Below are positions 18,930-29,384 of a DNA stretch of 64,000 nucleotides, piece by piece (the first letter of the stretch is position 1; the number at the start of each line of letters is the position of its first letter). Both the position numbers and the translations under genes were made by a program. Source of the stretch: Nanobdellota archaeon (GTDB lineage: Archaea > Nanobdellota > Nanobdellia > Pacearchaeales > GW2011-AR1). The stretch is taken from the NCBI GenBank assembly GCA_038046005.1, contig JBBSXB010000009.1:1-64000 (forward strand). Reading direction: 5' to 3'. The notes beneath the pieces are model-generated. The model had not been told where the DNA came from. It worked only from the letters and a program-made list of their open reading frames with translations, and ran no database searches.

Positions 18930-19892
18930 ATGACAGAATTAAAATCTATAGACCGAAAAATATTATTTGAATTAGATTCAAATAGCAGGCAATCATTTAG
19001 AACCATTTCAAAAAAAGTTGGATTAAGTAAGGATGCTGTAATTTATAGGATAAATAAATTAAAAGAAGAAGGAATAATAAAAGGATATCAAACAATACTA
19101 GACTTAGGTAAGTTAGGATTTATTTCATTTAGGCTTTACTTAAAATTTCAAAACACAACTCCAAAAAAAGAAGAAGAAATAATTGAATTTTTAAAAAGAC
19201 AAAAAAACATCAGTTGGATAGTTTCTATAGAAGGAGAATATGATTTGGGATTATGGTTTTTATGTAAAAAAAATAAAGAAATGGATTTATTCTGGAAAGA
19301 ACTACTAAAAAAATATAGAGATTATATAGAAAAAAAATGGTTAACAATTCCAACGAACGTTATTTACTACTCTAGAAACTATTTATTAGAAGATAATAAT
19401 CAAAAAATAGAGGAATTCAATTTTATTTCTGATTTAGAAGTAAAGATTGATGATGTTGACTTAGAATTATTGAAAGTAATTTCTTCTAATGCTAGGCTTC
19501 CAGTTTTAGATATTTCAAAAATTATAAAATTAAATCCAAAAACAGTAATGTCTAGATTAAAAAGATTAGAAAAAGAAAAGATAATAATTGGATATCGATC
19601 AGTTTTTGACATTGATATGTTAGGATATCAGTACTTCAAAATACACTTTAACCTTCATAATTTAACCAGTGAAAATGAAAAAAAATTAAAAAATTATATA
19701 AAAGAAAATGAGAATATAATATTCAATAATGAAATTTTAGGAGGAGATGATTTAGAAATAGAAATCCAAGTTAGATCACTTCAGGACCTAAGAAAACAGA
19801 TTGATGAAATAAAGAAGAATTTTTCTGGAATTATAAGGAATTATAAGTATATGAACTTCTACAAAGAACACAAATGCCTATCTTTTCCTTAG
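18930..19892 (+). CDS. Tandem Lrp/AsnC-family transcriptional regulator
   Basis: Two HTH-AsnC units (DRKILFELDSNSRQS; DLELLKVISSNARLP). Confidence 0.9.
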   Translation: MTELKSIDRKILFELDSNSRQSFRTISKKVGLSKDAVIYRINKLKEEGIIKGYQTILDLGKLGFISFRLYLKFQNTTPKKEEEIIEFLKRQKNISWIVSIEGEYDLGLWFLCKKNKEMDLFWKELLKKYRDYIEKKWLTIPTNVIYYSRNYLLEDNNQKIEEFNFISDLEVKIDDVDLELLKVISSNARLPVLDISKIIKLNPKTVMSRLKRLEKEKIIIGYRSVFDIDMLGYQYFKIHFNLHNLTSENEKKLKNYIKENENIIFNNEILGGDDLEIEIQVRSLQDLRKQIDEIKKNFSGIIRNYKYMNFYKEHKCLSFP

Positions 19893-19981
19893 TAATTCAC
19901 CCCTCTCAAATAACTCTTGCTCTATAAAATACTCCAAAATTCTACAATAATAATTAAAAACTCCGTTTATATTGAAAAAAT

Positions 19982-22009
19982 ATGGAACAAGAGCAACAGA
20001 AACTGAAAAAAGAAGATTTGATACTTGAAGCAAAAAATTTCTTTGACGCCCATAAGAGAGAGTTTGGAGAATCATTGAGGAAAGGTTCAAATGTCATTTA
20101 TCTTGATTTCATGAAATTGACAGAATTTTCAAACGTCCTTTCAGATCAAATAATAATAAATCCTGAAGAAACATTAGGCATCATAGAATTGGCTATAGAA
20201 GAGTCAGGTCTTGTAAGCAATGTAAGAGTCAGGCTGACTAACCTCCCAAAAAGCCAAGAGATGAAAGTGAGGAATATTCGTTCAAAAAATCTTGACCAGA
20301 CAATAATTGTAGAAGGAATTGTAAGACAAACTTCAGATGTTAGACCACAGGTTGTAAATGCAAAATTCGAGTGCCCTAGCTGTGGGACAATTCTCGGGGT
20401 TCTCCAGATAGAAAAGAAATTCAGAGAACCTTCAAGATGTTCATGTGGAAGAAGAGGCGGTTTTAAATTGATAAGCAAAGATTTGGTCGACACTCAAAGG
20501 TTGGTAATTGAAGAAACACCTGAATCTTTGTCTGGAGGAGAACAACCGAAAAGAATTAATGTGTTCCTGAAAGAAGATCTCGTTGAGCCAAAAATGGAAG
20601 AGAAAACAACTCCTGGAAGCAGGGTAAAAATAATAGGCGTTCTAAAAGAAGTGCCAGTCCCTCTCCAGTCAGGAGGATTGTCAACAAGATTTGATTTGGC
20701 AGTAGAAGCAAACAACATAATTCCTTTGGAAGAAACTTTCGAAGAATTAGACATCTCTGAAGAAGACGAAAAACAAATCCTTGAACTTTCCCAAGATCCA
20801 AGAGTTTTTGAAAAACTTGCAAGAAGTATAACCCCAAGTGTCTGGGGTTATGAAGAGATAAAGAGATCATTAGTTTTACAATTATTCGGAGGAGTTCAAA
20901 AAGTCCACGCAGACGGCCAGAAAAGTAGAGGAGACATTCATATACTTCTTATTGGAGATCCAGGAGTTGCAAAATCCGTAACATTAGACTTCATGGCAAA
21001 AATTTCCCCAAAGGGAAGGTATGTTGTAGGAAAATCTGCATCAGGTGCTGGTTTAACAGCAACAGTTGTAAGAGACGAATATTTAAGGGGTTGGAGTCTT
21101 GAAGCAGGAGCGATGGTTTTAGCCAATAAAGGATTAGTCTGTATTGATGAGCTAGAAAAAATGGATCCAAATGACAGGAGTGCAATGCATGAGGCAATGG
21201 AGCAGCAGACAATAACAATTTCAAAAGCAAATGTCCAGGCAACATTGAGGGCAGAAACTTCAGTATTGGCTGCAGCAAACCCAAAATTCGGAAGGTTCGA
21301 CCCATATCAGTCAATCGCACAACAAATTGACCTTCCTCCAACTTTGATAAACAGATTTGACGTTATTTTCACATTAAGAGATTTGCCAAACAGGGATAAA
21401 GATGAAAAAATAGCCTCCCATGTTTTGAGAGAGCACATAAAACAAGGAGAAGAAATGACAATTCCAAGAGATTTGTTTAGAAAGTACATTGCATATTCAA
21501 AGCAGAGAGTAAGACCTGTTCTTGGAGAAGAGGCAATAAACGAAATAAAAAAATTCTATGTTGAATTGAGAAACAAGCCTGTTTCTTCAGACAGCGCATT
21601 AAGGCCAATCCCGATTTCTGCAAGACAGCTTCAAGCTTTAATAAGAATGGCAGAAGCATCAGCAAAATTAAGGTTGAGTGAAGTGGTCTCTATAGAGGAT
21701 GCCAAAGGCGCGATAGATATTATGAAATACTATTTGATGCAGGTGGGTTATGACTACGAATCAAAAACTTTTGATATAGACAAAATCACGACTGGAATAT
21801 CAACTTCAAAAAGATCAAAAATACTCGGAGTCCTTCACTCAATAACAGAATTAGAGGATAAATTAGGAAAAATGATTCCTATGGAAGAGCTTGAAAAAGA
21901 ACTTGAAGGAAAAATGGAAGTGTTTGAAATTGAAGAAGCAATAACAGAACTAAAAAAAAGAGGAGACCTTTATGAACCAAGAAAAGGTTATATTAGCAAA
22001 ACTAGCTAA
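19982..22009 (+). CDS. mcm: MCM replicative helicase
   Basis: GDPGVAKS, CIDELEKM, HEAMEQQ, ISARQL; no intein. Confidence 0.97.
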   Translation: MEQEQQKLKKEDLILEAKNFFDAHKREFGESLRKGSNVIYLDFMKLTEFSNVLSDQIIINPEETLGIIELAIEESGLVSNVRVRLTNLPKSQEMKVRNIRSKNLDQTIIVEGIVRQTSDVRPQVVNAKFECPSCGTILGVLQIEKKFREPSRCSCGRRGGFKLISKDLVDTQRLVIEETPESLSGGEQPKRINVFLKEDLVEPKMEEKTTPGSRVKIIGVLKEVPVPLQSGGLSTRFDLAVEANNIIPLEETFEELDISEEDEKQILELSQDPRVFEKLARSITPSVWGYEEIKRSLVLQLFGGVQKVHADGQKSRGDIHILLIGDPGVAKSVTLDFMAKISPKGRYVVGKSASGAGLTATVVRDEYLRGWSLEAGAMVLANKGLVCIDELEKMDPNDRSAMHEAMEQQTITISKANVQATLRAETSVLAAANPKFGRFDPYQSIAQQIDLPPTLINRFDVIFTLRDLPNRDKDEKIASHVLREHIKQGEEMTIPRDLFRKYIAYSKQRVRPVLGEEAINEIKKFYVELRNKPVSSDSALRPIPISARQLQALIRMAEASAKLRLSEVVSIEDAKGAIDIMKYYLMQVGYDYESKTFDIDKITTGISTSKRSKILGVLHSITELEDKLGKMIPMEELEKELEGKMEVFEIEEAITELKKRGDLYEPRKGYISKTS

Positions 22010-22052
22010 ATTTATCATAAATCTTTAAAAAGAAATAAAATTTTTAACTAAA

Positions 22053-22388
22053 ATGGCAATAAATAAAAAGTACAACAACCAAAGCATATATCATAAAAGA
22101 AAAGAAGGAAAAATAGTTTATTTTCAAGATCCAGAAACAGGCATTCTTCATTTGAGTGGGGAATTTTTTAGTGGTTCTGAGATAGATGAATATAAATCAC
22201 GAATTGATAATCAAAATCAAATGTTTCCATTGTCATGCCTAAACAGCTTAGTAACTCTTAAAGACGTAAAGGATGTGAAACCTCTTGTCCTAAACCCCAG
22301 ACTAGAGCAAAAAATTATTGAAACCGAAGAAAAATTCGGTAGAGTAGATTATACTCATGTAATTGGAGCAGGTAGCGACGGAACTTAA
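22053..22388 (+). CDS. Hypothetical protein
   Basis: 111-aa ORF with upstream TTTAAA box. Confidence 0.55.
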   Translation: MAINKKYNNQSIYHKRKEGKIVYFQDPETGILHLSGEFFSGSEIDEYKSRIDNQNQMFPLSCLNSLVTLKDVKDVKPLVLNPRLEQKIIETEEKFGRVDYTHVIGAGSDGT

Positions 22389-22409
22389 ATTAAACAAATA
22401 AAATAAAAA

Positions 22410-23039
22410 ATGGCAGACCAAGAATTCAAAAGACACACAGCATACAAATTGAGAGTTGGAAATATTATTTTAGGAAAACCAGTGATGGACGGGGAAAGAT
22501 TCTCATTTCTGGAACTTGGAAGCAAGAAAATAGTAAGGGTGAATATTATAGGAAATATCGTTGACAAATATGAAGGGGCAGGAGAGTCAAAATATCTTAC
22601 ATTTACCCTTGATGATGGTTCTGGCCAGACAAGGCTAAAAACTTTCGGAGACGACACTTCAAGATTCATAAATTTCATGCAGGGGCAGACAGTTGTTGTC
22701 ATAGGAACTCTAAGATTCTGGAACAACGAACTCTATATCTCCCCAGAAATAATAAAAGAGCAGGATCCAAAATATCTCCTTATAAGAAAACTTGAATTGG
22801 AAAAAGAAAATTCAAAAAATGTTAAGGACGTATTGGGAAGGGAAGAGATAATTGCCGTAAAAGACAGAATTTTAAGGGAAATAAAAAATTATGAAGAAGA
22901 AGGCGGAATAGAAAGAGACAAACTGATTATGAACTTAAAAGACATAACTCCCGTAATAATTGAAGATGAAGTGCAAAAATTCTTAGAAGAGGGAATAATA
23001 TTTGAACCAAGGCCTGGGAAAGTTAGATACTTGGGATGA
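22410..23039 (+). CDS. RPA32-like OB-fold + winged-helix protein
   Basis: RVNIIGNIV, LDDGSGQTRLK, C-terminal EGIIFEPRPG. Confidence 0.85.
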   Translation: MADQEFKRHTAYKLRVGNIILGKPVMDGERFSFLELGSKKIVRVNIIGNIVDKYEGAGESKYLTFTLDDGSGQTRLKTFGDDTSRFINFMQGQTVVVIGTLRFWNNELYISPEIIKEQDPKYLLIRKLELEKENSKNVKDVLGREEIIAVKDRILREIKNYEEEGGIERDKLIMNLKDITPVIIEDEVQKFLEEGIIFEPRPGKVRYLG

Positions 23040-23062
23040 AAAATAATCTAATTTTTTGAGAA

Positions 23063-23347
23063 TTAAACAAGAATCACAACTCCAATAACAATAAGAATTA
23101 TTCCTAAAATTAGATAAAAAATCATATAATTCATAGCTTTTTGTTTGGTTAAATTTTGTGTGAAATTTAAGAATTTAAAACCTTCATACTTGACTAATAA
23201 AATTCCATTAACTATCATTAAAATTCCCAATAGAATTAAAGAAACAGACAATCCCTTCATATTTGGAGCAAGAGATTTAATTATAAAATTTAGGACAGCA
23301 AATCCTAGTGCCCACCAGAGCCAATTTTGTTTTCCTTTATCATTCAT
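23063..23347 (-). CDS. Small membrane protein
   Basis: Three TM segments. Confidence 0.65.
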   Translation of the reverse strand: MNDKGKQNWLWWALGFAVLNFIIKSLAPNMKGLSVSLILLGILMIVNGILLVKYEGFKFLNFTQNLTKQKAMNYMIFYLILGIILIVIGVVILV

Positions 23348-23682
23348 TTTATGTGTTTAGGCCCCCATTTTCCTTTGGCTACAAGAACGAGAAAGATTCC
23401 CAAACCACCAAAGACAACAATATTTAGAATAAAGAGAATAACCATTGCGAGAGGAATTGGGGTGCCTTGAATACTTGGGAAAATTAAACTAATAATTAAA
23501 AATAACAAGCTTCCAATACCGATAAATGAAAAGAATATTCCTAAGACCCATGAAAATATTATCAATGGTTTTGCTATTTTGCTTTCTTTCTTATAATAAA
23601 ACTTATAGAATAAATATATTATAAAAATAAATAGGGAATATCCAACAATTTTAGCAATTAGTTGTGAGGTTTCACTTGCCAT
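23344..23682 (-). CDS. Small membrane protein
   Basis: Three TM segments; ATGA overlap with the next gene. Confidence 0.65.
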   Translation of the reverse strand: MASETSQLIAKIVGYSLFIFIIYLFYKFYYKKESKIAKPLIIFSWVLGIFFSFIGIGSLLFLIISLIFPSIQGTPIPLAMVILFILNIVVFGGLGIFLVLVAKGKWGPKHIK

Positions 23683-23813
23683 GAATTATAGAATAAAACA
23701 CGGTATATAATCTTTTCTAAACAGTCAGGTATTTGTTTATTTCTATTATTTCCCCTTATAATTATGCAGTAGCATGAGAAGTAGATTGTTTACTCAAAAA
23801 AGTAAGTTAAAAA

Positions 23814-24362
23814 CTAATGTTTTTTCTTCTTCCCACTTCTCTTACTCAAGAAATAAGCAAACCATATCAAAACTATTAATCCTGCCAGAGATAACAAAAA
23901 CCTAACCCAATTTTCAGTGTAAGGCCAGTAAGCTCCGCTTCCGTAAATTAATGTTCCAACTCCACCACCCATTAATCCAGCACCAACACTTTCCAATCCG
24001 AAAAAGAAAGCTCCGCCCGCAATCAACAAAATTCCCAGAGGCAATGCTATAAAGAAAACATTTCTCGATCTGGATTTCATTGCACTATCAAAATCTTGCA
24101 TGCAATAATAATTAAGATCACAATATCCTGGAGGAAATCCCTTGACTGGAACAGCTTCAACTGGAGCATTTCCGTAAGGAGGATTCCATTTTCCTTGGAC
24201 AGCTTCGCATTGAACAGAAGTATTTATTTCTTGATAATAAGGCCTATCTTTGCAAAAAGAATTGTATTCAGGACTAGGAAAAAACATGTTTATTCCATAA
24301 TAAGTCACAAAAATCGTGAGAATTATTATTGCAATGCCCATCAAAACATTTTTAAGATTCAT
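23814..24362 (-). CDS. Membrane protein with Cys-containing extracellular loop
   Basis: TM, loop with CEAVQGKW/GYCDLNYYC, then 3 TM. Confidence 0.75.
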   Translation of the reverse strand: MNLKNVLMGIAIIILTIFVTYYGINMFFPSPEYNSFCKDRPYYQEINTSVQCEAVQGKWNPPYGNAPVEAVPVKGFPPGYCDLNYYCMQDFDSAMKSRSRNVFFIALPLGILLIAGGAFFFGLESVGAGLMGGGVGTLIYGSGAYWPYTENWVRFLLSLAGLIVLIWFAYFLSKRSGKKKKH

Positions 24363-24442
24363 TAGAAGATTAAGGATAAAAGATTTATAAATGTTCTGAA
24401 AAATACAATAAAATTTATATATTATCTTTCCAAGAAAAATTT

Positions 24443-25615
24443 ATGAAAGATTTAAGCCAAAATATTCTTAAAGGCCTATGGTTCTACGACACCCTTCTTG
24501 AGGATATCACAAATGAAATGTACTTGTCAGAAGAAGCATTTTCCAAAGCAAAAAAAGCATATAAAGAATGTGTAAGCAAATTTAGACTATCAAATAAATC
24601 TTTAGATGATTTTTTAATTCAAGATTTGTCATTAGAAAGAATAACTTTTAGAGATTTTATAAAACTCTTTGAAGATCAAAAGGCAACATCAGAATACCAT
24701 TTATTAAAAAGAAGAAGTTGGGTTTCTGGAATAAGAAATGCAACAACTATACTCATGGGCCCTGCAACAATAGACAGTCTTATAGATGAATCACCAAGAA
24801 CATATGAGTATATCAAAGAAGGTCGTCTTCCATTTAATAATTTATTTTTTAATCTTTTAGAACCATATAAAATAAAAGTTCCTTTTGAAAATAAAGAAAG
24901 TGAAATATTTGGAATTTGGTTTTATAGAAGAGGTGAGATTGATGAAAGCTATGTTAAAACTGAAGAATCAAAAGAGTATGGATATAGGTTAATAGCATTT
25001 TCAAAAGAATATGAACAAGTTTCCAGCCCTCTAGAGCTCATTCTTAATCCAGAGTCTATGGGGAAGTTTTTTGGTCAAATAAATGACTATTCCTTTCTAA
25101 TTGACACAAATCAAGGAACTGTGGATTTTACAAAATGGAGTAATAATTGGAAAGGTATTGAAACTAATGAATACGAAAGAAGAATAAAATTAACAAATAT
25201 GTTAAATAGCCAGGAGTTTTTCAACATAGCTAACTTATCCACTAATATAATCAACTACATCAACGCACACAATGTCACGTTTATAAAAAAAGAAAGAAAA
25301 GTTAAAGTACCAACAAAATTTCAAACTGTGAAAAAAAAGGCTTCATCAAAGCCATTCTATTTAGTAACTGTAAAAGATGAAATTGTCGAAACAGAGCCTG
25401 ATCCAACTAAATCTTGGGAATTGCAATGGAAGGTGTATGTAAGGGGCCATGATAGAAGATATAGAGATGAACAAGGAGAGATAACAAAAATTATTTGGAT
25501 TGCCCCATACGTAAAAGGGCCTCCTGAAGCACCATGGAAAGAAAATCGCTACGCTGTTTCGGCAGAAAAATTATTAAGAGAAAGAGAGTTAAACAAACAT
25601 TTTGAAATAAATTAG
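24443..25615 (+). CDS. Hypothetical protein with C-terminal VRGHxR...WIxPYxKG motif
   Basis: 390 aa; WKVYVRGHDRRY...IWIAPYVKGP. Confidence 0.75.
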   Translation: MKDLSQNILKGLWFYDTLLEDITNEMYLSEEAFSKAKKAYKECVSKFRLSNKSLDDFLIQDLSLERITFRDFIKLFEDQKATSEYHLLKRRSWVSGIRNATTILMGPATIDSLIDESPRTYEYIKEGRLPFNNLFFNLLEPYKIKVPFENKESEIFGIWFYRRGEIDESYVKTEESKEYGYRLIAFSKEYEQVSSPLELILNPESMGKFFGQINDYSFLIDTNQGTVDFTKWSNNWKGIETNEYERRIKLTNMLNSQEFFNIANLSTNIINYINAHNVTFIKKERKVKVPTKFQTVKKKASSKPFYLVTVKDEIVETEPDPTKSWELQWKVYVRGHDRRYRDEQGEITKIIWIAPYVKGPPEAPWKENRYAVSAEKLLRERELNKHFEIN

Positions 25616-25659
25616 TGTTCTATCAAAACCTTATTAAACCCGGTAAATGACCTATTTCT

Positions 25660-26070
25660 ATGGAAACATACGAAAATCTTTTAGAAGGAATATACAAAAA
25701 AGTCAAGAAAGTGGAATCATCTAACGAAAGATTTGAAATTCCAAAAGTGGAAGGCCATTTTGAAGGGAAAAAAACAATATTGACTAATTTTATACAAATT
25801 GCATCATACATAAGAAGAACCCCAGTTCATTTTCAAAAATATCTTCTTAAAGAGTTGGCTGTTTCCGGCCAAACAGAAGGTGAAAGATTAGTTTTAAACA
25901 TGAAAGTGCCGAGTGCAAAAATCACCCAAAAGATTGAAGACTATGCAAAAGAATTTGTAATATGCAAAGAATGTGGAAAACCCGACACAGAATTAATAAA
26001 AGAGGAAAGATTCATGTTCGTTAAATGTTTGGCATGCGGAGCAAAACACGCAGTTAGATCAAAAATCTAG
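25660..26070 (+). CDS. eif2b: Translation initiation factor aIF-2 beta
   Basis: ERFEIP, FVICKECGKPDT, CLACGA. Confidence 0.95.
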   Translation: METYENLLEGIYKKVKKVESSNERFEIPKVEGHFEGKKTILTNFIQIASYIRRTPVHFQKYLLKELAVSGQTEGERLVLNMKVPSAKITQKIEDYAKEFVICKECGKPDTELIKEERFMFVKCLACGAKHAVRSKI

Positions 26071-26444
26071 GAAGCTCGTACTTTTTCCCTTTCCGATCTT
26101 TCTTCAATTATTTTTTCCGCCATTATTCTATAGTCAAATGCATCTACTTCATGACCTATTTTTGAATTTACAGAGTCTGGAAAGACAAAATCCATTATAA
26201 ATAGAGGTTTATTCCTGTCATTACCAATAACAACTTCTTTATATCTACTCTCAATAAAATTTGTTGCTCTTTTCAGTTCCTGAACAAGCACCTCCAAAGT
26301 TGTAGATTCTAAATAATTTCTACATCTCTGAATTTTAACTTCCGGATCATAATCCCCAACAACGATAGAAATTTTAGATGCGGGAAACTGGTAATGGCTA
26401 GAATTTGCAAAATTCTGGAGAGTTTTTTTACGTTTCCAAAACAT
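26067..26444 (-). CDS. Hypothetical protein
   Basis: 125-aa ORF. Confidence 0.55.
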   Translation of the reverse strand: MFWKRKKTLQNFANSSHYQFPASKISIVVGDYDPEVKIQRCRNYLESTTLEVLVQELKRATNFIESRYKEVVIGNDRNKPLFIMDFVFPDSVNSKIGHEVDAFDYRIMAEKIIEERSEREKVRAS

Positions 26445-26496
26445 AATTATAAGTGTGTGTTATTCTTTTTAATTATTTCTATACTAATTTAAAGAT

Positions 26497-26784
26497 TTAA
26501 TTGAAAATAGAACCTCTTCTTTTTTCGATTATCAGCGCATCAAGTACGCCAATATATTTAGGTTTGGGCCAACTATTGCCCTCTCTTTCAATTTTTGCGC
26601 CCTCTTCATCAACACGTAACTTTTCTACCATCAGATTGTACAAATCCAAAGAAGATAGATAAGCCATTATTTCACGGCTTAAAGCTCCTTCATTAACAGC
26701 ATCCTCATACTCTTTTGAAGAACGAACAAGCTTCGGAATAGGAATAATACTCTGAAATTTATCGACACCTCTTTCCAATCCCAT
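26497..26784 (-). CDS. Hypothetical protein
   Basis: 95-aa ORF. Confidence 0.55.
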   Translation of the reverse strand: MGLERGVDKFQSIIPIPKLVRSSKEYEDAVNEGALSREIMAYLSSLDLYNLMVEKLRVDEEGAKIEREGNSWPKPKYIGVLDALIIEKRRGSIFN

Positions 26785-26894
26785 AGAATAAGCAAGGTGT
26801 TCAAATATTAAAACCTTTTTATAAGCAATTTATGCCTATCCAAATCTTTATAAAACGAATTTTCGTAAGAAATTAAATAAACGGAGGAAAGAAA

Positions 26895-27089
26895 ATGGTT
26901 GAAGCTTATTGTGTTAAATGTAAGAAAAAAGGCGTTAAGATGCTGAATGCTGTGATATCTCAAACTGCTAGAGGCGGTTACATGGCAAAAGGAAAGTGTG
27001 GAGTCTGCGGAACTGTTATGTGTGCCATGATGTCAAAGGAAAAGGCAGATGCAGCTATAAAGTCTGGCGAAGCTAAAAAGGATTTTTAG
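26895..27089 (+). CDS. Small zinc-ribbon protein (DUF5679-like)
   Basis: AYCVKCK...KGKCGVCGTVM; GGAGG ribosome-binding site upstream. Confidence 0.8.
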   Translation: MVEAYCVKCKKKGVKMLNAVISQTARGGYMAKGKCGVCGTVMCAMMSKEKADAAIKSGEAKKDF

Positions 27090-27100
27090 TTATTTGCAGA

Positions 27101-27397
27101 ATGTATATCAATATAATAAGAAGTTATAGAGATATAGTTGCGATTTGTGATGCAGAACTACTTGGAAAATTTTTTGAAGAAGAAAATTTTCAGCTGGATG
27201 TCAAGGAAAGTTTCTACAAGGGTGAGAAAACGACAGAGGAAAAAGCCGTAAGTCTGATGAAAGACATGGCAATCGAAGACGCAACATTCAACATTGTTGG
27301 GGCAAAGTCTGTGAATGCCGCGCTAAAGGCGGGAGTAATAAACCAACATGGAGTGAATAAAATTCAAGGGATTCCGTTCGCATTGATATTGATGTAA
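27101..27397 (+). CDS. DUF424-family protein
   Basis: IVAICDAELLGK...SFYKGE...NIVG...IQGIP. Confidence 0.85.
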   Translation: MYINIIRSYRDIVAICDAELLGKFFEEENFQLDVKESFYKGEKTTEEKAVSLMKDMAIEDATFNIVGAKSVNAALKAGVINQHGVNKIQGIPFALILM

Positions 27398-27442
27398 ATT
27401 TAATTCCATCACCTTTATAAAACCAATAATTCTAATTTTAAG

Positions 27443-27790
27443 ATGGTTGAAGAGTTCAAAGATATAAATGAAGAGCAAAACTCCGGCGAGAATGGAGAAC
27501 AACAAGTTACGCGAGCAAGACTTCCTAGAGGAAAAGAAGTAATTGGAGTCATAGAACAAAGGCTTGGAGGGAATAAGATGAATGTTGAATGCTTAGATGG
27601 GAAAACAAGAAACTGCAGGGTCCCTGGAAGATTGAAAAGAGCTTTGTGGTTAAGGCCAGGCGATGTTGTAATAATTGAGCCTTGGGAATTTGACCCAAAC
27701 AAAGGAGATGTAATTTTTAAATACAGATCCAACCAGATTGAATGGCTGAAAAGAAACGGCTTTTTAAAAACGGAAAAGAATGAGTTTTAA
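27443..27790 (+). CDS. eif1a: Translation initiation factor aIF-1A
   Basis: LGGNKMNVECLDGKTRNCRVPGRLKRALWLRPGDVV. Confidence 0.96.
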   Translation: MVEEFKDINEEQNSGENGEQQVTRARLPRGKEVIGVIEQRLGGNKMNVECLDGKTRNCRVPGRLKRALWLRPGDVVIIEPWEFDPNKGDVIFKYRSNQIEWLKRNGFLKTEKNEF

Positions 27791-27791
27791 A

Positions 27792-27911
27792 ATGAAAAAA
27801 ATTTACAAAATAATTCTTCTTGCAATAGTCATCTTACTTTTCATTGGAACAATTCTTTTAATTGCCTTAGGAAATCCCTTGGTAAATAACATACTTCAAA
27901 AAACTCCATAA
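27792..27911 (+). CDS. 39-aa single-TM microprotein
   Basis: MKKIYKIILLAIVILLFIGTILLIALGNPLVNNILQKTP*, read by hand; below the ORF-track cutoff. Confidence 0.5.
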   Translation: MKKIYKIILLAIVILLFIGTILLIALGNPLVNNILQKTP

Positions 27912-27954
27912 CACAAATCAAAAATCTTATAATGCCAAATTTCTTAATAACAAA

Positions 27955-28467
27955 ATGAAAAGATTAATGATTGATAAAACTTCAAGAATAATAAAAAATA
28001 AAAAAAAGCTTGAAGAAACCCTGAATGCCGCTATAAGCACTAAAGATAAAGAAGTGTTCATAGAAGCCACTCCTGAAGATGAATATGTTGCAGAAAAAGT
28101 TGTAGAGGCTTTAAATTTTGGATTTCCTTTTTCAGTAGCATTAACACTAAGAGAAGATGCTTTATTTGAAACAATGAGCATAAAAGATCACACTACAAAA
28201 AAAGACTTTGCAAGAATAAGGGCAAGAATAATAGGAAAAAATGGAAAAACTTTAAGGGCTCTTTCAGAGTTGACAAAATGCCATTTCGAGCTTAAAGGGA
28301 ATGTAGTTGGGATTATTGGAGAACCCGAGTATATAAAAAATGCCCAAATGTCTGTCATCTCTTTGATAAAAGGTTCAAAACAAGCAAATGTTTATGCTTA
28401 TCTTGAAAAGCATCAAGTTCAGCCAATTATTGATTTGGGATTGAAAGATATGGGAAAGAAAAAGTAA
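27955..28467 (+). CDS. KH-domain rRNA processing protein (Dim2/Pno1-like)
   Basis: RIRARIIGKNGKT, LIKGSKQANVYAYLE. Confidence 0.9.
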   Translation: MKRLMIDKTSRIIKNKKKLEETLNAAISTKDKEVFIEATPEDEYVAEKVVEALNFGFPFSVALTLREDALFETMSIKDHTTKKDFARIRARIIGKNGKTLRALSELTKCHFELKGNVVGIIGEPEYIKNAQMSVISLIKGSKQANVYAYLEKHQVQPIIDLGLKDMGKKK

Positions 28468-28755
28468 TTAAAACACTTTTTCCATCTCAGTCATTGCTTG
28501 TTCTAAACTTAAATTTCTTCTTGGAGTATGACTATCTTTGATATCTTTTACTCTCATATAAATGCCACACGTTGTTAAAATAGCTAATTGGGTTATTTTT
28601 CCCTTATCACCAAGTGCAGGACCAATTCTAACATTTGCGCCATGTAAGGCCAAAATCTTATTCATTGGATCATAACCTTCAGGACGAATTGTAGGCATAG
28701 TATTATCTACATAAAAAAAAGCTTTGTATTCATCTTTATAATTTACATTGCTCAT
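28468..28755 (-). CDS. Hypothetical protein
   Basis: 95-aa ORF. Confidence 0.55.
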   Translation of the reverse strand: MSNVNYKDEYKAFFYVDNTMPTIRPEGYDPMNKILALHGANVRIGPALGDKGKITQLAILTTCGIYMRVKDIKDSHTPRRNLSLEQAMTEMEKVF

Positions 28756-28842
28756 GATAAAATAATATCTACACCCTTTATATTAATTATTGTACTCTAT
28801 CAAACAATTATCGACTTGTGTTTAAAGAAAAAGTAAAGGGTT

Positions 28843-29156
28843 TTATTTAATTTTTTCTAGAGGTTGTACAATCAACATATGAAGTCCCCTTTCTGCTATA
28901 TATCTTCTCGTAATTCTTTGATGTGGTTTATAATCTATCTCCTTGCTATCAGATTTTGAAAAAACTGCAATTCCTTGATATTTAAAATTATCACCATTAG
29001 AATCTCTTATAGCCCCGCTAAAATACGTGCAGTAGGACTAATTTCTCTTGTTGGATATTCTAAATCCACTAAAGCAGGATTACCTTTAGTGATATATCCT
29101 TGAGATTTTATCTCAGACAAAGCCATGTCTTTAAAAAAACGATAATCTAAAGCCAT
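28843..29156 (-). pseudogene. Probable frameshifted gene remnant
   Basis: Protein-like segments in successive frames (MALDYRFFKDMALSEIKSQG...; SGAIRDSNGDNFKYQGIAVF; SDSKEIDYKPHQRITRRY...LEKIK*). Confidence 0.35.
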
Positions 29157-29261
29157 GTACTAGACACAACTGATATCTTTAAAAGTATTATTATAAACTA
29201 AAAGTATATTCAAAAATCCAAACAAAAACCTTTAAATAACAATTTCTGTTAAAAATTTCAT

Positions 29262-29384
29262 GTCCGGGTAGCTCAGTCGGTAGAGCGCACGGCTGTTACA
29301 ACACGAACTGAAAAGTTCGTGGAGTCTGATAGCTCAGATAACGCAGAGACCGTGAAGTCGCAGGTTCGAGTCCTGCCCTGGACG
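29262..29384 (+). tRNA. tRNA-Asn(GTT) with 50-nt intron at 37/38 (29299-29348)
   Basis: GTCCGGG...CACGG-CTGTTA[intron]A-CCGTG...GGTTCGAGTCC...CCTGGACG; BHB helix CTGT/GCAG. Confidence 0.9.

Noticed and set aside
19982-22009. Intein in MCM
   Set aside because: Length and motifs are continuous; no insertion seen.
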